Shown: positions 10,368 to 21,009, counted from the first letter of the stretch. The stretch: 64,000 bases of DNA from Candidatus Hecatella orcuttiae (GCA_002011035.2 MTLY02000002.1:128001-192000), one strand, 5' to 3'. The notes: generated from the sequence alone by a model not told the origin. A program made the numbers and translations.

Positions 10368-10536
10368 AGCAGTCCGCCCTGCCTCTCACTTAGCTACAGT
10401 TCTCCTCCAATTTATCTTTAGCACTCCCCTAAAAATCGAGCCTCCCTAAAGCTTCCCAGCGGCTGGGGGATAATTTTTAATTGAACGGTGTGGAGGTGAA
10501 TAAGGGCTTCTCCAGGAGGGTGTTGCCGCCATAGAC

Positions 10537-11376
10537 ATGCCGGTTTTGACTGTTGAAGCTGAGACGGTGGGTGAAGCTTGGGAAAAAGCCGTGCTCAGCG
10601 TTTGGAAGCAGGGAATAAAGAAAATGACCCAGTATAAGATGGCCAAGAAAGGCAGAATGGTCAACATGCTCAGCAAAGCAGCCACAGCCCTCATAGTCGT
10701 GGACATCCCCCTCAAGGAGCCTCGACTTCACGCCGGAGACGCTGTGGGGCAGCAAGCTATCATCGGAGGCTACCTGGACGAAATCATAGAAGGAACCAAG
10801 GATTTTTATGTGGAAGAGGGAAAATGGCACTACACCTACCATCAAAGACTGATGAACTACAAGCCGCCTGCGCTTCCGCCTATCGACCAGATGGACAGAA
10901 TTTTGAAAGGCCTCATGGAAGGAGACCTGTTTTCTAGGAGACTTCAGGCTGTCACATGGCAGGCTTGGGTAGATGGAGAATCAGCCAATCCTCCCTGCCT
11001 TCAAAGACTATGGATAACCGTGCCCACAGCAGACTCTGAGAAAAAGCCGGGCAGAAGGTACAGGGTGAACCTTCAAAGTTGCTGGCGTTCTAGAGACCTC
11101 TTTGACGCTTGGTCGGCCAACGTCAACGCCTTGATCGAACTCTGCCGGCGTAAAATCGTGGAGCCCCTTAACGAAGCCTTTCAAAACAGGCGCATAAAAT
11201 TTGAAGTAGGCCGTTATGTGGACTTCTCCAACGACCTACACATTTACGAAAAGGATTTCAAAGAGGTGGAAAAGTTCCTCAAAACCTTGAAGAAAAAGAA
11301 GACTCTGGGGGAAAGGCCTGAAAAAAGGAGGAAAGGCGTTTCCTTCGACGTACTCGTTAGGCTGGGAAAAAGATGA
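10537..11376 (+). CDS. thyA: Archaeal-type thymidylate synthase
   Basis: YTYHQRL, PPCLQ catalytic Cys, RSRD, HIYE motifs. Confidence 0.75.
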   Translation: MPVLTVEAETVGEAWEKAVLSVWKQGIKKMTQYKMAKKGRMVNMLSKAATALIVVDIPLKEPRLHAGDAVGQQAIIGGYLDEIIEGTKDFYVEEGKWHYTYHQRLMNYKPPALPPIDQMDRILKGLMEGDLFSRRLQAVTWQAWVDGESANPPCLQRLWITVPTADSEKKPGRRYRVNLQSCWRSRDLFDAWSANVNALIELCRRKIVEPLNEAFQNRRIKFEVGRYVDFSNDLHIYEKDFKEVEKFLKTLKKKKTLGERPEKRRKGVSFDVLVRLGKR

Positions 11377-11377
11377 C

Positions 11378-11911
11378 CTAACTCGGCCAAGTTAAAACTT
11401 GGCCTTCAACCTCCACTCTCAGGCTTATGTTCATGATTTTCTTGGCCAACTCTTTCAGCAGCTCAACATTAGTAGGCAGCTTTCTGGCGTCCCTTTTCGG
11501 AATGACCACCTTGGTTTCAATGGAGCCGTCGGGAAGCCAAAGAGTGTTGATAGCTAAAACCGTTGCAGGCGCAAAGAGCTCTTCCAAGAAACGCCTAGGC
11601 TCTTCGTTGTAGGGCAAGATCCTCACCCTCTTTTTCCCAGTTCGCTCTGAGAGCTCTTTGAGAAACCTTCCTCCGTAGCTGAGAAGACGGTTTACGTCCT
11701 CCTTTTTAACCAGCACTATCAAGGTATTACCTGCTTCCATAGAGCCGTGAAAATACGTGTCCTGAAGAGCTGGATACTTGGCTTCCATGCCTAGGAGGAT
11801 TTTAGCGACTTTTAAATCTGATTCAGAAATCTCCCCGGATTTCACCTTCTCCTCACATTTAGAGCAGAGTATTCCACTTTTCAGATCCACAGTGCAGATC
11901 TTTGAAAGCAA
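11378..11911 (-). CDS. Archaeal NusA-like KH protein with N-terminal Zn motif
   Basis: IC..D.KSGILC.KC and INTLWLPDGS family motifs. Confidence 0.75.
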   Translation of the reverse strand: MLSKICTVDLKSGILCSKCEEKVKSGEISESDLKVAKILLGMEAKYPALQDTYFHGSMEAGNTLIVLVKKEDVNRLLSYGGRFLKELSERTGKKRVRILPYNEEPRRFLEELFAPATVLAINTLWLPDGSIETKVVIPKRDARKLPTNVELLKELAKKIMNISLRVEVEGQVLTWPS

Positions 11912-12034
11912 ACCTCAGACACATCCCCCGAGGGGACCACGGCAAACCCGGATGAATAATAGTTTTCTCCGACGTATATAAAACTGGGCTTACCGCTGCT
12001 CAGATAATCTGAAAAAGGCTTATTTCGCAGATTT

Positions 12035-12778
12035 TTACAGTTCCAGCTCCTGAAGATCCTGTGCGACAAAAACCTCGCCGCTGAACTCTTTGGCAGCTTG
12101 ACTTACCATTTCACTCTCCCGACCCCGGTTGAAAGGGAAGAGGTGGAAAAGGGCCAGTTTCTTCGCCTCAGCCAACTCAGCGATTCTCCCAGCCTGCCCG
12201 GCTGTGGAATGCTTAGTCATGAGGGCTATGTCCCTTTGCTCGTCGGAGAAGGCTGCATCATGAATTATCAAGTCGCATTTGTAGGCGAATTTTGCCAGAG
12301 GCTCATGGAAAGCCGTGTCCCCCGTGTAACATACGCTTCTGCCGTCCAGCTCCACCCGATACGCTAGGTTGGTAGGTTTGTGGTCGGTTTTGCACACTTT
12401 AACTTCACCCAAGTCCTCCGTTCCCTTCAGCGGCTTATAGACGAGGGGATAGGCGATGAATTCTTCTGGAGTGTTTGTAAGCTTAAGAAAACCTTCAGTC
12501 ATCTCTTTGACCCCTATGTGGCCTAGGACCTCTAAGGCTTTCTTTCTGTCCTCCATCTGCATGGCCCATATCAAAGCGACAAGATCGCAGACGTGGTCAG
12601 CGTGGAAGTGGGTTATCATCACCTTCTCCAGCTGCCCCAAAGTGAAGCCCATCAGCTTAAAGTTCTTCAGAGAGCCGCTTCCGCAGTCCATCAGAATGTT
12701 TCGGTTTAACAAAATACTCGGACAGCTGTTTTCCTTGGTTACGTAAGGGCCTCCGGAGCCTAGAAAGCTTACCTTCAA
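12035..12778 (-). CDS. Metallo-beta-lactamase-fold hydrolase (RNase Z-like)
   Basis: THFHADH, YTGDT, HST and LFHL motifs. Confidence 0.85.
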   Translation of the reverse strand: MKVSFLGSGGPYVTKENSCPSILLNRNILMDCGSGSLKNFKLMGFTLGQLEKVMITHFHADHVCDLVALIWAMQMEDRKKALEVLGHIGVKEMTEGFLKLTNTPEEFIAYPLVYKPLKGTEDLGEVKVCKTDHKPTNLAYRVELDGRSVCYTGDTAFHEPLAKFAYKCDLIIHDAAFSDEQRDIALMTKHSTAGQAGRIAELAEAKKLALFHLFPFNRGRESEMVSQAAKEFSGEVFVAQDLQELEL

Positions 12779-12899
12779 AAAGGCACCCCGATTTTTCTTA
12801 AGTGAAATCCGACACTTATTTATGTGTTTAATGCCTCTTGGGCAGGAAAAAAGGGAGAAGGTGGATTTTTGACTGTTTAACGGCTGAGCATGTCTTCGA

Positions 12900-13175
12900 C
12901 TACTTCACCAGAGATATCTCTATGGTGCTTACGTTGGTCGGAACTCCGCCTTCTTCAGCTGTCAGCTGCTCAGTGCCTATTTTCACGTCTCCGATCTTCA
13001 CGTCGTGGAGAAAACGTCGGCGGACTATTTCAACCACGTCTACAGCTCTGCTTATGGCTCTGCCTCTGGCTTTTATAGAGACTTGGGGCTCTCCTGCTTG
13101 GAGGAGAGTTAGCGCAGCCAACACGTAGCTCATCACAGGTTTTTTGCCTACTAGTACATGGTTGCTCTTTGACAT
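12900..13175 (-). CDS. albA: DNA/RNA-binding protein Alba
   Basis: [30 protein letters not shown]. Confidence 0.96.
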   Translation of the reverse strand: MSKSNHVLVGKKPVMSYVLAALTLLQAGEPQVSIKARGRAISRAVDVVEIVRRRFLHDVKIGDVKIGTEQLTAEEGGVPTNVSTIEISLVK

Positions 13176-13363
13176 TTCCATTTCTCCGTCGCAGCTATCG
13201 ATGTCTTTCACATTTCAAAGAACAGAATAGGGATAAATACGTTACGGTCGGCGAGCTTTCTACGGTTTATTGCTTATAAACCGGGAAGGCGGGCAGCCTT
13301 TGTCGGGAAACCCATAACTTTTTTAATGTAAATCCCGCCAACAGTAATTGAGGGTATTAGGAA

Positions 13364-13831
13364 TTGCCTGAAACAACGGTGCTCACAGGTAAAACCCTGA
13401 AAATTCTTCGACTGCTCTTCGAAAGGGCGAAAATCTCATATTCCTACGTGGCGGAGGTGGACCAAAGCAAGCTCGCGGAAGAATTTAAATTGACCAGGCA
13501 GGCGTTGAACCTGCATCTGAGAAAGCTAAGGTCTCAGGGGCTGATCCGCACAGGCCGGGGCTTTGTGGAGATAACCAGCCGAGGCCTTACAACCTTAGGT
13601 TTGTCCAGCAACATAGCCTTGGTTTTCTTGAAAATATCCCCCCAAAGAAGGAGTGAAGCCTACAAGAAAATTGCATCTCTGCCTGTTTGGCAGGTGTTCA
13701 GGGTGGCTGGAGACATGGACTTGGTTTTTGTGGCGGAGGCCAGCCGTCTCGACGAAATTCTCCAATCAATAGCCCAGATTGAGGGAATTGAAAAAACTCA
13801 CTCTTTCATCACCCTTGAAGCCTTGAAGTAG
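13364..13831 (+). CDS. Lrp/AsnC-family transcriptional regulator
   Basis: N-terminal wHTH and C-terminal RAM-like domain (VAGDMDL). Confidence 0.75.
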   Translation: MPETTVLTGKTLKILRLLFERAKISYSYVAEVDQSKLAEEFKLTRQALNLHLRKLRSQGLIRTGRGFVEITSRGLTTLGLSSNIALVFLKISPQRRSEAYKKIASLPVWQVFRVAGDMDLVFVAEASRLDEILQSIAQIEGIEKTHSFITLEALK

Positions 13832-13933
13832 CAGCCGGGCCCTCCAACCTAGAAAGCCTTAAAGGCAAGGTTTAAGTCGATAATATAGCTTCAACAAACC
13901 CGTCTAGATGGTGTACCCATAGGAGGCTGGCAG

Positions 13934-14101
13934 TTGCCTGTAACAGACTTTTTCAGCCGCACCCTAGCTCAAAGGCACCGTCTCTACTACAAAATCTGCC
14001 GCCGCTGCGGAGTAAAAAACTCTCCCGCAGCTTGGAAGTGCCGAAAATGCCGCAGCACCAACCTCAGATGGAAGAAGAGGGAACTGGGAGCCAAACAGTA
14101 A
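13934..14101 (+). CDS. rpl40e: 50S ribosomal protein L40e (absent from ORF track)
   Basis: TTG start after AGGAGG; translates MPVTD...KICRRCGVKNSPAAWKCRKCRSTNLRWKKRELGAKQ. Confidence 0.93.
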   Translation: MPVTDFFSRTLAQRHRLYYKICRRCGVKNSPAAWKCRKCRSTNLRWKKRELGAKQ

Positions 14102-14124
14102 CCGTGACTTTAGCCTAAGTTTTA

Positions 14125-14201
14125 GGGCCGGTGGTCTAGTTGGCTATGACGGCGCCCTCACGCGGCGCAGGTCGCAGGTTCGAGTCCTGCCCGGCCCACC
14201 A
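14125..14201 (+). tRNA. tRNA-Val(CAC)
   Basis: Cloverleaf with GCGCC-CTCACGC-GGCGC anticodon arm, GGTTCGAGTCC, encoded CCA. Confidence 0.95.
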
Positions 14202-14249
14202 TGGAAATTGTTCCCCGGATGTTTCCCTGTTTCGCCTGGGTGTTAGGGG

Positions 14250-14678
14250 CTATTCTCCCACTATCTGAACTACGAGTTGCCGTGCTCTGCTGTGGATGTC
14301 CAGTTCGATGAAGACTATTTGCTGCCACGTCCCTAACGTCAGCTTTCTTTCGACGAAGGGGACAGCTAAGCTCGGGCCTACGAGCGACGCGCGGACGTGA
14401 GAATGCCCGTTACCGTCATGCCATCTTTTCTCATGTTCATAGGTGAGGTTTTTCGGTGCAATCCTCTCCAGCATGGCTGGGAAATCCTTCAGCAGCCCTG
14501 GTTCGTATTCTATAGTCGTTAGGCCTCCTGTGGAGCCGGGGACGAAGATTGTGGCTACTCCGTTTTCCAGCCTTGAAAGCTTCACAGCTTCAGCGACTTC
14601 GTCGGTTATGTTTATGATGTCCAGTTCGCCTTTGCTGCGGAGGTTGATGAGTTTGGTTACCACGGGCATGGCTGCCAC
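14250..14678 (-). CDS. YjbQ/UPF0047 family protein
   Basis: NGHSHVRASLVGPS and LGTWQQIVFIELD motifs. Confidence 0.9.
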   Translation of the reverse strand: MAAMPVVTKLINLRSKGELDIINITDEVAEAVKLSRLENGVATIFVPGSTGGLTTIEYEPGLLKDFPAMLERIAPKNLTYEHEKRWHDGNGHSHVRASLVGPSLAVPFVERKLTLGTWQQIVFIELDIHSRARQLVVQIVGE

Positions 14679-14834
14679 CTCTCGAGTAAAGGGGTGGAAG
14701 CCTCCTCTTTAATTTTCACCAGGAGAATCTGAAATTATGCCGAAATGGGGTTCGATAATGGAGAATGTTGCAGCCACAGCCGGGGAGCCGTTGATTGAGA
14801 GGGGTAAGAAGCCTGTTTGATTCTTGTTTCTCGT

Positions 14835-15071
14835 CTATTTCCGTATAACTTTCTCGATTTTTCTTTTGATGTCTTCGCAGATCATGATTTCAAGGTCTTT
14901 TACGAGGTTTCCTCCTGCTTTGCTTCCTGTTCCCATGTAAAATCCGCATTTGATGCAAACCCAGTGGGCAAAGGTCTTCGCTGCCACCTGCCCGCCCCAG
15001 GTTCCGAGCGCTGAAAACGGGATGAGAACTCCGTCGCAGTTGGGGCATGGGGGATAAGAGCCTCTTTCCAC
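14835..15071 (-). CDS. Small Zn-ribbon hypothetical protein
   Basis: CPNC...CIKC; GGAGG RBS upstream. Confidence 0.6.
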   Translation of the reverse strand: MERGSYPPCPNCDGVLIPFSALGTWGGQVAAKTFAHWVCIKCGFYMGTGSKAGGNLVKDLEIMICEDIKRKIEKVIRK

Positions 15072-15248
15072 GCATTTTCCTCCTTACTTTGTTTAAGGAT
15101 TTCTGCAGATAAACGTTATATGCAGATCACTGCACTCATCCTTAACTGTTTAACTAAAGCGGTCGACAGTGGTTGACCGGATTCCCCAGTTTGATGCCGG
15201 GCAATGCAAAAACATATCTTCCCCTTCGTTGAAGACTAATTCAGCAAG

Positions 15249-15893
15249 ATGGAAAGGTTCGACGAAGACCTTGAAAGATTGACGGCGAAGCTGAATGAAG
15301 GGGAGCAAAGCGAAGTTAGCGCGGAGTTGAAGAGAGTTAAAGATAAACTGATAGATCTTCGAGAAAAGAACCTTGTGAAGATAAACCATTCCGTGCTGGA
15401 GATGGTCTGCGCTAAACATCTCATCAAGGCGGGATACTGCGTGGAGGTGGAGTACCAGCTTAACGACTGGCTGACATGCGACCTTTACGCTGTCAAGGGG
15501 GAGGGACGGCTTATTCTGGAAATCGAAACAGGCTTCACCCCGCCGGAGCATGCTTTGGACCCGTACACTTACAATAAAGCTCGAACGGCCAGTAAAATTG
15601 CGCGGTACAGCTCCTACGCCGACAAGTTTGTCCTCGGAACCACTCCGACGAATATTTTACCCATCCCCCCAGTTTTCCTGAAGCCGCCCAAATATCGGAG
15701 GGTGAGCGAAGTGAAGGAGGTGAAAACCCTGTGCGACGCTTACTACAGGAATCCCCCTGTCAGCTGCGAGGAGATAAAAAACTCACGCCTCCACGCCATC
15801 TACATCATCGACGTGGATAAAGGAACCGTGAGGGAAATCGACCCGGAAATCTACGTGGAAATCGCCTTCAAACTCCCCCTTATGCGGAAGTAG
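15249..15893 (+). CDS. Conserved archaeal hypothetical protein, possible PD-(D/E)xK fold
   Basis: VEVE...CDLYA...LEIETG pattern. Confidence 0.6.
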   Translation: MERFDEDLERLTAKLNEGEQSEVSAELKRVKDKLIDLREKNLVKINHSVLEMVCAKHLIKAGYCVEVEYQLNDWLTCDLYAVKGEGRLILEIETGFTPPEHALDPYTYNKARTASKIARYSSYADKFVLGTTPTNILPIPPVFLKPPKYRRVSEVKEVKTLCDAYYRNPPVSCEEIKNSRLHAIYIIDVDKGTVREIDPEIYVEIAFKLPLMRK

Positions 15894-15996
15894 AACCGAC
15901 GTCAGCTGAGGAATATACTCGATAGTTTTATATCAACTAACCTAGCTAGTTCCTCATGCTTCTGCAAACAATTCCGCGGGCAAGCTAATGAGCGTC

Positions 15997-16074
15997 GCGG
16001 CCGTGGTCTAGCCTGGACTAGGACAGGGGCCCTCCAAGCCCCTAACCCGGGTTCGAATCCCGGCGGCCGCACCA
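15997..16074 (+). tRNA. tRNA-Gly(TCC)
   Basis: GCGGCCG/CGGCCGC acceptor stem, GGGGC-CCTCCAA-GCCCC anticodon arm, T-arm, encoded CCA. Confidence 0.92.
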
Positions 16075-16179
16075 CTCTGGAGCTGAATATGTACTTTTTA
16101 TTGGTCTGCTAGTATCCCTTTACCTGACTTCTAGCTAACTTGTCTTAGGCGTATGGCTAAACCTGAGCTAACATGGATC

Positions 16180-16262
16180 CAGCGAACTTAAAGCCTAGGC
16201 TTCGGATGTCATGGTGGGTGTGGACCCTATGCCCCATCATGGTCCACATAATCGAAGACAGC
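16180..16262 (-). pseudogene. Possible tyrosine-integrase box II remnant
   Basis: Frameshifted DYVD/MMGHRVHTHHDIRSLG resembles the MMGH...Y catalytic end of tyrosine recombinases; lies next to the att site. Confidence 0.4.
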
Positions 16263-16485
16263 AAGAAGAACCTGTACTCGTTCTTATAGATGCACGCAAA
16301 AGAAGACAGCCTAACCCCTTGAGTATTGTTTCTCTCACTTACCCACCCTCTTGAATTAGACATTTAGCTATGTTTATATCTTGGCTTAGCTATATTTTAA
16401 GAGTTAGCTTTAGGGAAATGGGCGAAGGCTAAACTGCGTGCCCCGCTTTTTACCTCGCTACTATTTCTTAATGTTCTAACTTAAA

Positions 16486-16731
16486 TTGAGCGAGGTGAAA
16501 AGCATCATGAGTTACCAAAGAGATTTTGGAAGTAGGAGTTTCAGAAAACCGGCGCCTGTTGAAGCTGGGAAAGAGTACGAGGTAACGATAACCGAAACGA
16601 GCCGTCGAGGAGACGGCGTAGCTAGGATTCAAGGATTCATAATTTTTGTAGCCAGTGCTAAGCGCGGGGAACAGGTGAAAATCAGAATAACAGATGTGAA
16701 AAGTAGGTTTGCACAGGCAGTAATCGCATAG
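16486..16731 (+). CDS. Single TRAM-domain protein (archaeal RNA chaperone)
   Basis: APVEAGKEYEVTI...GDGVARIQGFIIFV. Confidence 0.92.
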   Translation: MSEVKSIMSYQRDFGSRSFRKPAPVEAGKEYEVTITETSRRGDGVARIQGFIIFVASAKRGEQVKIRITDVKSRFAQAVIA

Positions 16732-16832
16732 TGATACAGTCAAGGCCTATGCAAACCAGTCTCGTATTTACAATTGGATGCAAGCGGTATGAGCTAAATT
16801 CAAAAAGAATACATTCGTAGAAGGTTTCTATC

Positions 16833-18020
16833 ATGAAGATTGCTTATATTTCCACATATCCTCCGACATCCTGCGGGATAGCTGAATATACCAGAAACCT
16901 TGCTGAGGCTACCAGTAGGCTTACCGGCGTTAACGTTACCGTACTTTCAGACAATTTTGGGAATTCTGCGGCTCGAATAGACGAGCTGGGAATACTAGTG
17001 ATCCCGTCGTTTTCTCCAAGTAAGCTGAGCTATGGGAGTCTTCTGAAGGTCGCCAGCGAACATGGACCCTTCGACGTGATTCATGTGCAACATGAATATG
17101 GATTGTTCAGGCCCACGGTTAGGACGTTGGAAGCCTTTAAAGGATTAAAAAAGCACTGTAGGAGGCTCACGGTGACAATGCACACGGTCGTCAGCTCCTT
17201 CAGGAAGAGGATTGCTGAGCATCAGGAGAGACTCTGCAGGACATCAGATACCGTAATAGTTCACAACACTGCTCAGGAGTATGAGCTCCTGTCTCAAGGG
17301 GTAGATCCGGCGAAGGTGCAGAAGATTCCCCATGGAACTTGCATAATAGGTTTTTCAAGGATAGACAAAGGTGAAACCCTTAAAAAGCTGAATCTATCCA
17401 GTTTGAACGGCAAGTTTCTCTTCGTTTGCCCAGGTTTCATTAGACGGGATAAAGGCCAAAATACTCTCATAAAGGCGTTTAGCAGGGTTCATGAAAAGCT
17501 TCCAAACACGGCCTGCATAATAGCAGGTATTCCTCCGAGAGTAAACGGAGCTGAACTTGTTGCCAACGTAGAGTCAAGTCTAACAGCCGACGGCGTGAAC
17601 GGAATGATAACTATGAAGAAATATTTGACAAATGATGAGCTTGACCTTATACTTAAAGCGGCGGATGTCGTCGTTTTTCCCTATAAGGATCAGCGGGGAA
17701 TATGGAGTGTAAGCGGAGCCTTCCATAAAGCTGTGGGATGCTTTAAGCCTGTGATATGTAGCAGGGTTCCAAGACTTGCAGAGTGCTCTATGATGGCGCC
17801 GGACATTACGGTGCCTAAAAACGATGTGAACGCTTTAGCTGAAAAAATGATGACAGCCGCAACTCATTATGAAGGATTTCTGAAGAAATGCAGACCGCTG
17901 ATGGAATTAGCTCTATCAACTTCCTGGCAGAAAATAGCTAAAATGCATTTAAACCTATACCAGCAAGCCCTCACCAAACATGAAAGACTTACGGCTAAGA
18001 CGATGAAAATTACCTTTTAA
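16833..18020 (+). CDS. Glycosyltransferase family 4
   Basis: STYPP..CGIAEY, HVQHEYGLF, GFIR.DKG, ADVVVFPY. Confidence 0.9.
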   Translation: MKIAYISTYPPTSCGIAEYTRNLAEATSRLTGVNVTVLSDNFGNSAARIDELGILVIPSFSPSKLSYGSLLKVASEHGPFDVIHVQHEYGLFRPTVRTLEAFKGLKKHCRRLTVTMHTVVSSFRKRIAEHQERLCRTSDTVIVHNTAQEYELLSQGVDPAKVQKIPHGTCIIGFSRIDKGETLKKLNLSSLNGKFLFVCPGFIRRDKGQNTLIKAFSRVHEKLPNTACIIAGIPPRVNGAELVANVESSLTADGVNGMITMKKYLTNDELDLILKAADVVVFPYKDQRGIWSVSGAFHKAVGCFKPVICSRVPRLAECSMMAPDITVPKNDVNALAEKMMTAATHYEGFLKKCRPLMELALSTSWQKIAKMHLNLYQQALTKHERLTAKTMKITF

Positions 18021-18109
18021 TAGATGAAGAGGCTTAAACTTCTAAAATTACGAATATTTCATTTAAAGGAATAACCATGAAAATTAAACCTATTCAGCAT
18101 TAGCACGGT

Positions 18110-18129
18110 GAATCCTGGCAGCCGCACCA
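18110..18129 (+). repeat. Degenerate att-like copy of the tRNA-Gly 3' end
   Basis: GAATCCTGGCAGCCGCACCA versus tRNA GAATCCCGGCGGCCGCACCA (2 mismatches in 20). Confidence 0.7.
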
Positions 18130-18327
18130 AAAACCATCAGCAGAGATTAGAATGTGCATACTCTAACTTTCATTAGGTTCTAGAGCTTAAGAAACATTTG
18201 GCACTTTCAAGGTTCATTGGAAACAGCGGTAAACTTGCCGTATGTTTTAATCAGTCCTCTGTTTCAGTTGCGTGATCCAATAGTTCTTCGTTTATTCTTT
18301 GTTACTGGTAACTTTTCTTTCGAATCA

Positions 18328-19197
18328 TCATTCAAGATTCAAATTCAATAAATTCAGAATTGCCTCCTCAACGTCTCCTACCGTTGCGCCCCAAGATACG
18401 TAGGTAACGTTCCCTTCACGTTCGTATCCTTTGTCGATAGCGCAGCATCGGCTGATACATTTTTCTCCAACACCTTGCTGGGCGACTATCTTCTTAGGGC
18501 AGATATCAATAAGTGTCGGTTGTTCCCTGTATAGAGTGGTGAATGTTCTCAGTGAGAGTTCACATCCGATCAGCGTGATGTTATTTAAACCTAATTTGGA
18601 TAAGTCTGGTGCCTGGTCAAGATATAAGGTATTTTTTCCACATTTTAAAGTGGGGGTATGGCATGGAAACATTACGTATCTTGTCTTTCTTGCCCGAGCC
18701 AGCTTATTCAAATCCACAAGTCTCGGAACAATTTTTATCGGCTTCCTTATCCTGCCAGTGCCTAAGGCCGATTCTGCCAATTTCACAAGTTTCGGAGGCT
18801 TGGGGGGTATAACATCGAATATTATTAGTGGCGTAGATGTTTCTTTATGGACAAAGGAGATGTGTTCAAATTTGCCTTTCACTATCACTGTCTCTTTTCC
18901 GATTTCTTCTACTATTTTCGCCATTGCACTTGGATTCAAGACGTCCAAGCTTGCATCCTCTACGTATGCTGTGTTGGCTGGCAACGAGATGATTTCTACC
19001 TTTTTTATTCCCAGAAATAACTCTCGGCCTTCCACTTTATTTATTCTCGCAACCGCCCAATCTCTGCCATTGTTTAGTATTACATAATTAGTGACAGTAT
19101 ATACTAACTTCCCAAGAGTCTTTTTCGTGATAGCATTTTCGGTCAGAGGAAAGGAAACTCTTTTTACGCTCACTTCACGGCAATGTTGCGGTATCAT
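18328..19197 (-). CDS. Cys-rich hypothetical protein
   Basis: Long ORF with FPC, IGC, DICP and SRCC motifs; codirectional with nadA. Confidence 0.7.
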   Translation of the reverse strand: MIPQHCREVSVKRVSFPLTENAITKKTLGKLVYTVTNYVILNNGRDWAVARINKVEGRELFLGIKKVEIISLPANTAYVEDASLDVLNPSAMAKIVEEIGKETVIVKGKFEHISFVHKETSTPLIIFDVIPPKPPKLVKLAESALGTGRIRKPIKIVPRLVDLNKLARARKTRYVMFPCHTPTLKCGKNTLYLDQAPDLSKLGLNNITLIGCELSLRTFTTLYREQPTLIDICPKKIVAQQGVGEKCISRCCAIDKGYEREGNVTYVSWGATVGDVEEAILNLLNLNLE

Positions 19198-19211
19198 ATT
19201 TACACCCGCAC

Positions 19212-20147
19212 TTAGTCTCCCCTGCCGAAAGCTAACATCTTCTCTACAGGATGCCTAGCTCTCTCGATCACGTCCTCAGAGAAGCTCACTCTAGGCTCCA
19301 ATATTTCTAACGCATTAAGGATGTTCTCCAATTTTATCTTCTTCTGAGTTCTGCAGAAGGCCTTCTCTACAGGGTAAAATTTTTTACCGGGGTTATCTTC
19401 CATCATTCGATTGATCAGCTCCAGCTCCGTTCCGACTATGAATTCCTTCTCCAAAGAATTTGCCACATATTTTAGCATCCCGTCGGTCGAAAGTACGACG
19501 TGGGCTAGGTCAACTACGTCGGGTGTGCATTCCGGATGTATGAGTATCTTTGCATGTGGATGGGCTTTGGTGAGTTTAAGGATGTCGCTCCTTTGAATCA
19601 TTTGGTGTACGGTGCAGAAACCGGGCCATGCTATTATTTCTTTGTCTGGAACAAACCTTTTCACGTAGGAGGCAAGATTCTGGTCCGGAACAAAGATCAC
19701 CTTTTTTGTATTCAGCGATGTCACGATTTTCACAGCATTTGATGAAGTACAGCATACGTCCATTTCACATTTGCATTCTGCTGATGTATTGAGATAACCG
19801 ACTACTTTAGCGTCCGGATGAATTTCTTTCATAGTTTTTAATTCTTCACGTGTAATCATCGCTGCCATGGGACACTTGGCATTCTCATTAGCGTACAGAA
19901 CAGTTTTATGCGGAGCTAAAATTTTTGCGGTTTCGACCATGAAATCCGGACCGCAAAAAACAATGATATGTTGTTTAACATTTTTTGCAAGCATTGCCAA
20001 GGACAACGTATCACCAACATAATCCGCAACAAACTGAATTTCATGACTCTGATAGTTATGTGCCAAGATAACGGCATCTCTTTCTCTTTTTAATTGGATT
20101 ATCTTCTCCACCAAATCTAGTAAATTATCTGCGGACGCAAAGCTCAA
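19212..20147 (-). CDS. nadA: Quinolinate synthase
   Basis: ILAHNYQ, CPMA, YLNTSA, CCTSSNA, FVPDQNL, C.VH, HPEC. Confidence 0.93.
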   Translation of the reverse strand: MSFASADNLLDLVEKIIQLKRERDAVILAHNYQSHEIQFVADYVGDTLSLAMLAKNVKQHIIVFCGPDFMVETAKILAPHKTVLYANENAKCPMAAMITREELKTMKEIHPDAKVVGYLNTSAECKCEMDVCCTSSNAVKIVTSLNTKKVIFVPDQNLASYVKRFVPDKEIIAWPGFCTVHQMIQRSDILKLTKAHPHAKILIHPECTPDVVDLAHVVLSTDGMLKYVANSLEKEFIVGTELELINRMMEDNPGKKFYPVEKAFCRTQKKIKLENILNALEILEPRVSFSEDVIERARHPVEKMLAFGRGD

Positions 20148-20221
20148 GTGAGTCCACCTATCCTATTACAAGTTCGGTGAGAACCTATGTTTCTTCAGAG
20201 CAAAAGAAGAGAAAACCGGTA

Positions 20222-20620
20222 CTAATGACAACTCGCTCCACTGCGAGAGCTTTTACCTGTTAATGAGGATGGATCAAGTCCCTCTAGTTTCAGCTTCTTC
20301 ATCACAAACCCTTTAACATCCATTAAGAGAGGGTTTCCATTCCTTTTAGCAATGTCGAAAACAGGTTTCGCCATGTAAACTGGAATTCCAACAGGGGTGT
20401 CCACCCTTACGAATGCTTCTCCAGGGTTTCCCCCCTCCACCATTATGGTATTAAGATATGGTACAGAGTGACTGGCATCGCTTCCACCGCATCCTCCGCC
20501 TCCAGATCTAAAACCGAGATTTACAAGAATTGACGGATTGCTTAATCTACTCTTCTTTATGAAGGCTAAAGCCCTTTCTGTGAATTGAATATTTACCCCA
20601 GAACTATCGGACATACTCAC
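20222..20620 (-). CDS. Hypothetical protein, HesB/IscA-like N-terminus
   Basis: IQFTERALAFI...GGGCGG motif; C-terminal CH. Confidence 0.5.
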   Translation of the reverse strand: MSMSDSSGVNIQFTERALAFIKKSRLSNPSILVNLGFRSGGGGCGGSDASHSVPYLNTIMVEGGNPGEAFVRVDTPVGIPVYMAKPVFDIAKRNGNPLLMDVKGFVMKKLKLEGLDPSSLTGKSSRSGASCH

Positions 20621-21009
20621 TTTTCATTCACTATATTTTTAGATAGATTACTTAGCTAAAATACATTTGTATTTCCTTTCACCAAAGGAAAAGCTTGGGT
20701 AGGTTTGTTAAATGAAATCTTTTGGCATATTTTTTTCTCAGAGAAGCAAATTAACAGTCTAACAATTGAAGAAAGGAACATAATAATTCATACTTCGGCC
20801 GGTTCAAGTGAAAGGCTTAAGAGAGAGCTTTCATCGACTACAATTAACTAGAAAGGTACGAAGGAAGAGCCCAGCCTCTAAAATCACATACGCTTCAAAG
20901 CTTCGGTAGAGATTATATTCTTCAGAGCTAAAGAGCTTAATCTCATAAGAGAAGAATGAATCAGTAAGGAGCATGTTCTTTGAAGCCATGAAATAAATAT
21001 CTACACGGT

